The notes under the pieces were generated by a model. It searched no databases. It saw only the letters and a list, made by a program, of their open reading frames with translations, and was not told the origin of the DNA. DNA of 64,000 bases from Akkermansia sp. (GTDB taxonomy: Bacteria > Verrucomicrobiota > Verrucomicrobiia > Verrucomicrobiales > Akkermansiaceae). Of this stretch, positions 35,701 to 46,248 are shown piece by piece (within the stretch, counting starts at the first letter, position 1; each line of letters opens with the position of its first letter). A program made the position numbers and the translations under genes. The stretch spans positions 29,019-93,018 of the forward strand of contig JAZRBU010000028.1 of NCBI GenBank assembly GCA_045635265.1, given 5' to 3'.

Positions 35701-37660
35701 GCTGCTTGCCTACTACATCGCGTGTGTAAACATTGAGGTGGCTTATCATGGTGTCATGAAGCAGGAGGAATACGAACCGTTCAATGGTATCTGCTTGACC
35801 GATACTTTCCGCATGGATGGTAACAGTGCTGCTGATAAGGACTTGTTCGCAGCCTTTGAGGATAACGGCGAGCGTGTGAAGAACCTCTGCAAGCAGGACA
35901 TCCGAGTGATTATCGGTAATCCTCCTTATTCTGCCAAACAAGAGTCTGCAAACGATAACAATCAGAATGAAGCCTATCCATACTTGGATGAGCGTATCGC
36001 TAATACATACGCTAAGAATGCCAAGGCTACTAACAAGAACAGTCTCTACGACTCATACATCCGTGCATTCCGATGGGCATCCGACCGCATTACCGATGAT
36101 GGTATCCTCGCCTTTGTAACCAATGGTGCATACATTGATAACAACGCCATGACTGGCTTCCGTCAGTCCCTCATGGACGAGTTTGATTCCATCTACTGCT
36201 TCAATCTCCGAGGAAACGCTCGCACATCAGGTGTTCAGCGTCAGAAGGAAAAGGGTAATGTGTTCGGTGAGGGGTCTCGCACACCGATTGCCATTATCAT
36301 CCTCGTCAAGAAGAAGAACCGACCTGCTGGTCAGCTGGCTACGCTTCATTATCACGACATCGGTGATTATCTCTCTCGTGAGCAGAAACTTGAAATCATC
36401 CAGGGGTTTGGTAACTACTCTGGTATCCCTTGGCAGCCACTCATCCCTGATGAACACGGAGATTGGCTCAATCACCGCACATCTGGTTATGATAAGTTCC
36501 TGTCCATCGGTGATAAAGCCACCAAGGGTAAGCCTGATACCAAGGCTCTCTTTACCTTGTTCTCCAATGGGGTAAAGACGAACCGTGACACATGGTGTTA
36601 TAACTATTCTCGCGTTGCGTTGGAAAGCAACATGCGCCGTAGTATTGAGTTCTTCAATACTCAATCAGGACTTGCAGAATTTGACTACGACCCCACCAAA
36701 TTCTCATGGGGAAGACAGCAGAAAAAGGATGCAGAGCGTGGTAAGCAATACTGTTTCTCTGCTTCATCCATCGTCCCTGCTGTTTATCGTCCGTTCTGTA
36801 AGCGTCATGGATACATCCATAAAGACATGAACGACATGCTTTATCAGATACCTAAACTGTTCCCTACACCACAGCATAAGAACTTGGTAATTCAACTAAC
36901 AGGTAATGGTTCTAGCAAACCGTTCTCTTGTCTTATTAGTGCGATAACGCCAGATTTACAGGTAATGTTCAATGGACAGTGCTTCCCCCTCTACTGGTAT
37001 GAGGAACGGAATGCCGATGCGCCGATGCTTGACCTTGGTATGGAAGCCGATGCAGGTGATTACATCCGTCACGATGGCATCTCAAACTTCGGACTCAAAC
37101 AGTTCCGAACAGCCTACGGAGACCCCAAGATTGGTAAGGAGGACATCTTCTATTATGTGTATGGGCTGTTGCATAGCACAGAATACCGCACACGCTTTGA
37201 GAACGACCTGAAAAAGGAACTTCCCCGCATCCCCTTTGCCAAGGATTTCTGGGCATTCTCCAAGGCCGGCCGTAAGTTGGCAGAACTCCATCTGAACTAT
37301 GAGACGATAGAACCTTGGCCAATCAAGGAATACTCCCATGGTAACTTCCGAGTGACCAAGATGCGTTTCCCCAAGAAAGGAATTCGTCACACCATCATCT
37401 ACAATGACTCATGTACGCTGAGTGAGATTCCCGAAGAGGCATACGAATACATCGTGAATGGCAAGTCCGCCATCGAATGGGTCATGGAGCGCTATGCCGT
37501 CACCATAGATAAAGATAGTGGTATCACCAATGACCCGAATGACTGGTGTGACGAACAAGGCAATCCCCGCTACATTATTGACCTCGTGAAACGCATCGTC
37601 CGTGTCAGCATGGAAACCATGGAGATAGTAAAAACCTTGCCCCCGCTGGAGGAGATGTGA
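32765..37660 (+). CDS. Type ISP restriction-modification enzyme (Mrr-like nuclease + SF2 DEAH translocase + N6-adenine methyltransferase + TRD), LlaGI/LlaBIII-like
   Basis: GTG start. Nuclease motif GIDIVAK...AIQCKFY (D...QxK). Helicase motifs: I ACGTGKT (about 33367), II DEAH (33742-33753), VI QSVGRVMR. MTase motifs: I LDPFTGTGTF, IV NPPY (35918-35929). 1631 aa as a single polypeptide. Confidence 0.85.
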   Translation: MKSTLRTLLDSIREATQQTSEADKGHRFEVLMKRYLLTDPTYKARFSDVWLWNEWPYAKGHDVGIDIVAKEADSDRYVAIQCKFYEPTHLMRLPDVQTFFAALNATINTEYSKKDSFVQGIIIATTDHWNVVLLNKLYQQHIPCQHIGLSDLEEAAVDWSTILKGQGEIAKYQPRPHQREAIDAVLEGFMTTDRGKLIMACGTGKTFTALRLMEEFTGGKGCVLFLAPSIALVAQSLREWMAQTTCKIHPIAVCSDGEASSIDDLVDLSARDLPARATTDPTTIAQLYARFKDSHLTVIFSTYQSIEKLHEAQKIGALPEFDLCICDEAHRTTGVSLYDEKKGKHHESHFTKIHKQDYIACRKRVYMTATPKIYAESARQKAKDTNAELASMNDRSYFGDEYFRLPFSRAVREGLLTDYKVLVLCVDEDYVKDIMGEQLQQDETGAIELDDAVRLVGCYNGLRKKVLLPANAAAGNADSYDPSLPELLSHDEDFLTSDPGPMKRAVSFANVIKASKNYTEMWGKVVNAIRKDEEDDSSFLDSEMQHVDGNMDMGERAALLSWLKGNAGTNANHGVPECRILSNARCLSEGVDVPSLDAVMFLAPRKSQVDVVQSVGRVMRIAQGKKFGYIILPIGISPRDKPEEVLDKDEKYRVVWDVLQALRSHDDRFNAEINSIELNKGRGKRIVVGGVTGKKGKKRNPKKKDGYDEYEEDVLVAKEGDDKQLSFDFDFEKELPAWTDGILVRTVQKCGDRRYWEDWAKNIAKIAEKQTAAINTLLDKGIGLAEFQLFLSGLRENTNPAITEADAIEMLAQQFISRPVFNALFEKYQFAENNPVSKTMNDMLDIVQQNTDANDLRELRRFYDSVKDRAQSIDNAAGRQQVVVELYDKFFKQAFPKLAEKLGIVYTPIPVVDFIVHSVHKVLQQEFGVKDGLGARGVKILDPFTGTGTFIVRAIQSGLIKRSQLPYKYRNELFACEIVLLAYYIACVNIEVAYHGVMKQEEYEPFNGICLTDTFRMDGNSAADKDLFAAFEDNGERVKNLCKQDIRVIIGNPPYSAKQESANDNNQNEAYPYLDERIANTYAKNAKATNKNSLYDSYIRAFRWASDRITDDGILAFVTNGAYIDNNAMTGFRQSLMDEFDSIYCFNLRGNARTSGVQRQKEKGNVFGEGSRTPIAIIILVKKKNRPAGQLATLHYHDIGDYLSREQKLEIIQGFGNYSGIPWQPLIPDEHGDWLNHRTSGYDKFLSIGDKATKGKPDTKALFTLFSNGVKTNRDTWCYNYSRVALESNMRRSIEFFNTQSGLAEFDYDPTKFSWGRQQKKDAERGKQYCFSASSIVPAVYRPFCKRHGYIHKDMNDMLYQIPKLFPTPQHKNLVIQLTGNGSSKPFSCLISAITPDLQVMFNGQCFPLYWYEERNADAPMLDLGMEADAGDYIRHDGISNFGLKQFRTAYGDPKIGKEDIFYYVYGLLHSTEYRTRFENDLKKELPRIPFAKDFWAFSKAGRKLAELHLNYETIEPWPIKEYSHGNFRVTKMRFPKKGIRHTIIYNDSCTLSEIPEEAYEYIVNGKSAIEWVMERYAVTIDKDSGITNDPNDWCDEQGNPRYIIDLVKRIVRVSMETMEIVKTLPPLEEM

Positions 37661-37672
37661 TATAGTATCTAT

Positions 37673-38491
37673 ATGGGAGAAAAGAAGTATACGAGATTAT
37701 CACGCCAAGAAATCGAGTTGGCGCTCGCAAATACGCAAATGAAAGTAGGCGAATTAGCCCAGCTAACTCTGAGCAGTATTCTTCAGCATCCCGATTTTCC
37801 CTCTGAATACTTAGAAAAGTTCAGATGTAAAAATTTTAGCAAAAATACTTTCGGTCTTTCCAGAGCACTATTAATCAGAAGAAGAGAATGGGCCAAAACT
37901 CCTCAATTACCTTACTATGCGGAATATCTGGAATGTAATGGCAAATATTACTGTCTTTGTTCAGAATGGACAGAACGACAGCTACCAAAATTAAAAAATT
38001 GGGTTAATCGTCACAAAATCGATTTGAGTGAACGCCGGAACCTTTGGCAACTTGAAGAAGCACATCCTCAACAGAAAAACCGATGGGCTGTAGTTGAATT
38101 AGAACAATTGTGCCAGGATAAAATCATTCCCTGTGGCAGAATCAAACGAGGAAAAGGAAATGATAGATTAATAAAGATTTCAAAAACCGATTGGCTGGGA
38201 ATAGTGGATAAAGAACCAAATCGCATCGTCTTCCGTTTCAGAAAGAATAATATATATAGGCTATACGCTGTTTCTACGAGTTTGATTCGCGAAACAATAA
38301 ATGCTTTCCCGCATAGATTTTCAAAAACAACAGCTAGCGAATACTGGAGTTTTTCATTAAATATTTTATCTGGCAAACTTAGTAATACTCAAGGTTCACC
38401 GAGAACAGCATTTGCTACATGTTATGTATACATTGCGAGACCGACAGCGTCTTCCAAAATTCAGTCTCCACAGAAAAATATTAACACCTGA
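37673..38491 (+). CDS. Hypothetical protein (272 aa), no recognisable domain
   Basis: ATG 12 nt after the RM stop, on the same strand. Very AT-rich. Coding-like composition with no internal stops. Confidence 0.6.
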   Translation: MGEKKYTRLSRQEIELALANTQMKVGELAQLTLSSILQHPDFPSEYLEKFRCKNFSKNTFGLSRALLIRRREWAKTPQLPYYAEYLECNGKYYCLCSEWTERQLPKLKNWVNRHKIDLSERRNLWQLEEAHPQQKNRWAVVELEQLCQDKIIPCGRIKRGKGNDRLIKISKTDWLGIVDKEPNRIVFRFRKNNIYRLYAVSTSLIRETINAFPHRFSKTTASEYWSFSLNILSGKLSNTQGSPRTAFATCYVYIARPTASSKIQSPQKNINT

Positions 38492-38538
38492 TTTCTTATC
38501 CGTCAAAAAGCAAACTTTAAAAAAACTACATTTTTGAT

Positions 38539-40587
38539 ATGAACTACCTCTCAAAAGTAGAAGCAAAGAAAGCCGTCTTATCTGATGGCAAAAACATTTG
38601 CAACATGTCTTTCAGCCTCCGTGATGACGACGAATTAGCATGGTTGGCAATTGAACACGGAGCGTCTATCAATGATGTCTCTTACAGACTACAAAATGAC
38701 CTTGCCTTTTCTCTTAAATATGCGAGATATTGCGCCAAATTGGGAATAGTTGAACAAAATTTCTTCAGAGCATTATTTATTGCACAACATTCTCTTGAAT
38801 TCCTTAACACTTACTGTTCACTATTTGCAAATGAGCCGGAGTTCATTATGTACTTGAAGCTTGCTCATGGAAAGAATTATAGATCTCCCATAGTCTCACT
38901 CAACAAATATGAAGGAGAAGAGCTGGCTCACATCATCAATCAATATAAGCGCAACCTGATAAAAGAATTGAAAGAGGAATATTATTCCCATTCTTATCAG
39001 GAAATGCATTTAAAAACAGGTTACAATGCAGCAAATGAACTGCGTAATTTCGCCCTATTGTCACGTGGTGACAACCTTCCGTTCTGCGAGATTCCTGAGC
39101 TGATAAAAAAACAAATTGAACGCTTAGATACACAAGTTGATTGTTTGAGAGCAACTAGCAGGAAAGGCTCATTTCCTGAACGCGTCATAGATGCCATTCT
39201 TAAGCAACTCAATGTTGCATTTGACCGAGAAGTTGTTTTCCAGTGGAGTCGCCCTAATAATGCAAACAAATTAAATGGTTACAAGCGTTATGACTTCTAT
39301 CTTCCTGAATACAATGCAATAATAGAAGTGCATGGAGCTCAACATTATTCGGCAGGGTTCGAAACATTCGGCGGGCGTTCTCTGAAGGAAGAACAGGCCA
39401 ACGATCACTTAAAACAAGCATTAGCTAAACAAAATGGCATTACCAATTATATCGTCATTAATGCCGCAGTTTCCAACTTTTATTATATTAAAGAATCAGT
39501 CATTTCGAATAAAGATTTCTCTACTTGCTTCGATTTATCAAAATTAAACTGGCATGAGATAAAAATAGCAACTATAGAGGAACCAGACATAAGCTTACCC
39601 TTATATCAATTACAAAAATCTTTTTATGAAGAACTGAGTTCTCTATTCAATAACACCTTCTCTGTTATCCCAATCCAACAACCATCTAAAGATTTTGGTG
39701 AAGGGTGTTCGGAAGAGACTTCCAAACTGACAATATGGAAAAAAAGCATCAAAGTCAGTATGCGAGGTCTGTATCCTCATGAAATCATATTGCTAGAGCG
39801 AGCCAAGCGTTCATCGGCACCGGAAATGACATGTCCAGTTGATGCTGACAATGTTATTGGTAAGTGGTACTATGAATATGGAATCTCAAATGTGCGTCCC
39901 ATAGTTGAACGATTGGCTGATTCAGGATTTATACAAGTAGGAGGACTACGATATACACTTCAACGCACAGAAGCTAATAAACTCAAACAGTTTGCTTCCA
40001 AACAAGGCATAAAGGCTCATGGCAAGAAAGAAGAAATTATCGCTCGAATTCTCGAAAACATTCCCGAACACATTATCAAAGAGACCTTCACTAAACAGTA
40101 CTATGAGCTAACGGAATTAGGCAAACAAGAGCTGAATGAAAACAGCTACATTTTTGATGCCATTCAAGTTCCGATTCTGGACGCAATGACTCGAATCAAA
40201 TTAGCGCAGCAACATCCCGATCAGGACATCTATGAAGTCATACAGAGACACCTCAAAGGTCATGAACCCTCTACCGGCTGCACAAATACAGACTCCGCAC
40301 AAAGTGCTACAAACTACGATGAGGGTGATAAATACCAGATCATTTGTACCCTGGACAAAAAGACTTGCGAGCGATGTGGTTCGATGGATTTGAAAGTTTT
40401 TGACTATGCACAAAAGGAAATAGGTGTTACTTACCCACCATTCCACGATGGTTGCCGCTGCTGTGCAGTACCGTATTTTGACGGAGACGAACATAATGAG
40501 CGTGCAGCACGAAACAGAGACGGCAAAACCATCTTTGTGGAAAATATGAATTGGCAAGAATGGAGAAAAGTATATGGCAGCAACTAA
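38539..40587 (+). CDS. Multidomain hypothetical protein: DUF4116-like N-terminal repeats + DUF559/Vsr-like PD-(D/E)xK core + SAP motif + C-terminal phage MuF-like Cys-rich domain
   Basis: RYDFYLPEYNAIIEVHGAQHY...EQANDHLKQALAKQNGI (nuclease-like, about 39241-39500). LKQFASKQGIKAHGKKEEIIARIL (SAP-like). LDKKTCERCGSMDLKVF...YPPFHDGCRCCAVPY (MuF/SPP1 gp7-like, about 40351-40480). Confidence 0.6.
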   Translation: MNYLSKVEAKKAVLSDGKNICNMSFSLRDDDELAWLAIEHGASINDVSYRLQNDLAFSLKYARYCAKLGIVEQNFFRALFIAQHSLEFLNTYCSLFANEPEFIMYLKLAHGKNYRSPIVSLNKYEGEELAHIINQYKRNLIKELKEEYYSHSYQEMHLKTGYNAANELRNFALLSRGDNLPFCEIPELIKKQIERLDTQVDCLRATSRKGSFPERVIDAILKQLNVAFDREVVFQWSRPNNANKLNGYKRYDFYLPEYNAIIEVHGAQHYSAGFETFGGRSLKEEQANDHLKQALAKQNGITNYIVINAAVSNFYYIKESVISNKDFSTCFDLSKLNWHEIKIATIEEPDISLPLYQLQKSFYEELSSLFNNTFSVIPIQQPSKDFGEGCSEETSKLTIWKKSIKVSMRGLYPHEIILLERAKRSSAPEMTCPVDADNVIGKWYYEYGISNVRPIVERLADSGFIQVGGLRYTLQRTEANKLKQFASKQGIKAHGKKEEIIARILENIPEHIIKETFTKQYYELTELGKQELNENSYIFDAIQVPILDAMTRIKLAQQHPDQDIYEVIQRHLKGHEPSTGCTNTDSAQSATNYDEGDKYQIICTLDKKTCERCGSMDLKVFDYAQKEIGVTYPPFHDGCRCCAVPYFDGDEHNERAARNRDGKTIFVENMNWQEWRKVYGSN

Positions 40588-40617
40588 AGCCTACTAATCA
40601 GTTCCAGCGCATGTCTA

Positions 40618-40680
40618 TTGTCTCATATCTGCTAAAAAAGCAAGAGATTTTACGCAGATATGAGACAAAATCTTTTTTTC
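40618..40680 (+). terminator. Intrinsic terminator after the 682-aa gene
   Basis: A 15-bp stem, ttgtctcatatctgc (40618-40632) with gcagatatgagacaa (40655-40669), followed by aatcttttttt. Confidence 0.8.
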
Positions 40681-40769
40681 TGCACCTTTCTCCATGTGGA
40701 CACATTCTGCTGTCCGAAACAGACATTCGTTTCTGCGGCAAACAAGAGTTTCCTCTCTCATTTCCTTGG

Positions 40770-40814
40770 AAAGAAATGACACAACGCCCCGCGCTTCGGG
40801 ATGAAGGCGGGGCG
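40770..40814 (-). terminator. Hairpin terminator after groEL
   Basis: cgccccgc (40785-40792) pairs with gcggggcg (40807-40814), 55 nt past the groEL stop. The minus-strand tail is ttgtgtcatttctt. Confidence 0.55.
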
Positions 40815-40868
40815 TGAATTGTTTTATATTACAGGGTAGTCAGGCAGTGTGACTTTTTGGGGGGCTGC

Positions 40869-42536
<1,668 letters not shown>

Positions 42537-42555
42537 TTATGAGTTAAAATGATAT

Positions 42556-42840
42556 TTAGTCGATAACGGCGAGGATGTCGCTCTCACTGAGGATGGTGTA
42601 GGTGGTGCCGTTGTAGGTGACCTCCGTGCCGCCGTACTTGGCGATGAGCACCTTGTCATTCACAGCCACATTGAAGGGGATGAGGTTGCCGTCCTTATCA
42701 CGGCCGCCGGTACCGATGGCGCGAACGATGGCTTCCTGGGGCTTCTCCTTGGCGGTATCCGGAAGGAAAAGGCCGCCTGCAGTCTTGGTTTCGGCTTCTA
42801 CACGCTCTACGAGCACTCGCTGTCCTAATGGTTTAATCAT
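42556..42840 (-). CDS. groES: Co-chaperonin GroES
   Basis: [37 protein letters not shown]. 94 aa. Confidence 0.95.
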   Translation of the reverse strand: MIKPLGQRVLVERVEAETKTAGGLFLPDTAKEKPQEAIVRAIGTGGRDKDGNLIPFNVAVNDKVLIAKYGGTEVTYNGTTYTILSESDILAVID

Positions 42841-42874
42841 GGTATGTCTGTTTGGTTATTTGTTAAAAAATTGT

Positions 42875-42922
42875 ATAGAAAGAGGGGATTCCCGGGCGGG
42901 TGTTCCGGCACCGCGCCCGGGA
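42875..42922 (-). terminator. GC-rich hairpin between dnaK and groES (terminator/attenuator)
   Basis: tcccgggcg (42890-42898) pairs with cgcccggga (42914-42922). The minus-strand tail is aatcccctctttc. Confidence 0.5.
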
Positions 42923-42936
42923 GGGATGAATGATTT

Positions 42937-44871
<1,935 letters not shown>

Positions 44872-44942
44872 CTATTGTTATGTTGTTTTGTTTGTTTAGA
44901 ATCTTCGGCGTCGTGATGAGACGCGCTCTTACTTTCTTATGT

Positions 44943-44958
44943 TGCAAATTGCGTGCCA
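44943..44958 (-). promoter_or_regulatory. Sigma-54 (-24/-12) promoter consensus upstream of dnaK
   Basis: The minus strand reads TGGCACGCAATTTGCA, matching TGGCACG-N4-TTGCW exactly with correct GG-N10-GC spacing. The -12 element lies about 87 nt upstream of the dnaK ATG. Confidence 0.6.
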
Positions 44959-45076
44959 ACTTTGATTTTTTTGTGATTTTTTATGCCAAAATCGTCAAAA
45001 AAGCTCATTTTTCAGACTTTTTGACTGCGTCTTACCCTACCCTCGACAGCTAAGATAACCGCTGCGACACACGCAG

Positions 45077-45133
45077 ATGCGGCATTTTGCCCCACCGGCA
45101 TGCGACAAAACGCACCATGCGGCATTTTGCCGC
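45077..45133. promoter_or_regulatory. Repeated dyads GCGGCA-TTT-TGCCGC (x2) plus related inverted element; candidate enhancer/operator sites
   Basis: atgcggcattttgcc occurs at 45077-45091 and 45117-45131 (exact 15-mers, 40 bp apart), with tgcgacaaaacgca at 45101-45114 between them. The sites lie 120-175 bp upstream of the sigma-54 element and 125-180 bp upstream of the tal ATG. Confidence 0.5.
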
Positions 45134-45257
45134 ACATCGACCGTCCGATTACAAATCGGGTGCATAAAGTATCATCTAAAACGTGTTGAATCAAGTTGCA
45201 GGCTTGAAGAGAAGCCGAAAATATGCTAGAATACTGCCACAGCATACAAGTTACATT

Positions 45258-46214
45258 ATGGCAACACAGCTTGAGCAATTGAAAAAGTACACGACCGTCG
45301 TGGCCGATACGGGTGATTTCCGTCAAATGGAAGAATTCTCTCCGCAGGATGCCACAACCAATCCTTCTCTGATTCTGGCCGCAGCCGCCAAGCCGGAGTA
45401 CCGCCCGATTCTGGACGCGGTGGTGGCGGATTTCAAGGCCACGGTAAGCAACCCTGCCGAGCGAGTGGGCGAGCTGATGGATCGCGTAATTGTCGCATTC
45501 GGTCTGGAGATTCTCAAGCGCGTGCCCGGTCGAGTATCCAGTGAGGTGGATGCCCGTCTTTCCTTTGATACCGAGGGCACCGTGACCAAGGCCCGCGAAA
45601 TCATGGCACTGTATGAAGCCGCCGGGATTCCGCGCGAGCGCGTGCTGATTAAGATAGCCTCCACCTGGGAAGGCATACAGGCAGCCCGCCAGCTGGAGCA
45701 AGAGGGCATTCACTGCAACCTGACCCTGCTGTTCAGCCTGGTGCAGGCCGTTGCCTGTGCAGAGGCAGGCGTGCGCCTCATCTCCCCCTTCGTGGGCCGC
45801 ATTCTGGACTGGTACAAGAGCAGCACCGGTCAGGATTACACCTCTGAGACCGACCCCGGCGTCATCTCCGTGCGCACCATTTACAATTACTACAAGAAGT
45901 TCGGCTACCCGGTGCAGATTATGGGTGCTTCCTTCCGCAACACGGGTGAGATTCTGGCTCTGGCCGGCTGCGACCTGCTGACCATTTCCCCGAACCTGCT
46001 GGCTGAGCTGGCCGGCAGCGAAGAGCCGGTGACACCGGTACTGACCCCGGAGGCTGCTCAGGCCAGCGATATCGAGCGTATCCCCGCAGACGAAAAGAGC
46101 TTCCGATTCCTCTTCAACGAGGACGCCATGGCCACGGAAAAAACGGCTGAAGGCATCCGTAAATTCTCTGCAGACATCCGCAAACTGGAGGCCCTGCTGG
46201 CTTCCATGCTCTGA
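45258..46214 (+). CDS. tal: Transaldolase (type B)
   Basis: Trimmed to the ATG at 45258 ([21 protein letters not shown]). Active-site region KIASTWEGI. Confidence 0.93.
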   Translation: MATQLEQLKKYTTVVADTGDFRQMEEFSPQDATTNPSLILAAAAKPEYRPILDAVVADFKATVSNPAERVGELMDRVIVAFGLEILKRVPGRVSSEVDARLSFDTEGTVTKAREIMALYEAAGIPRERVLIKIASTWEGIQAARQLEQEGIHCNLTLLFSLVQAVACAEAGVRLISPFVGRILDWYKSSTGQDYTSETDPGVISVRTIYNYYKKFGYPVQIMGASFRNTGEILALAGCDLLTISPNLLAELAGSEEPVTPVLTPEAAQASDIERIPADEKSFRFLFNEDAMATEKTAEGIRKFSADIRKLEALLASML

Positions 46215-46248
46215 TTTCCATTAGAAAAATCAACCCAAAGCAAGAACG

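Larger units (their letters stand above)
27650..40780. mobile_element. Integrase-containing lower-GC genomic (defence-type) island
   Basis: Composition drops from about 60% GC in the flanking core genes. Sampled 60-nt lines give about 27% at 27.8 kb, about 43% in the RM gene and about 33% at 38.5-39.4 kb. The island carries a tyrosine integrase, a Type ISP RM gene and orphan genes. The boundaries are approximate. Confidence 0.55.

Noticed and set aside
40768-40786. ggaaagaaatgacac, resembling the reverse complement of the Pho-like core gtgaaagaaatgccac
   Set aside because: Only the short core matches, and the extended 48-bp architecture is absent. It sits in the groEL terminator/island junction with no phosphate-related gene nearby, so it is likely coincidental.
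40551-40817. 88-codon plus-strand ORF after the 682-aa gene
   Set aside because: It overlaps the end of the 682-aa gene, runs through that gene's 15-bp-stem terminator, and extends into the groEL terminator hairpin. It is not plausible as a gene.
27549-40868. tRNA or tmRNA gene as the island integration target
   Set aside because: I found no cloverleaf-compatible sequence (no GTTCRANYC T-loop context with a matching acceptor stem) at either junction. The integration target remains unknown.
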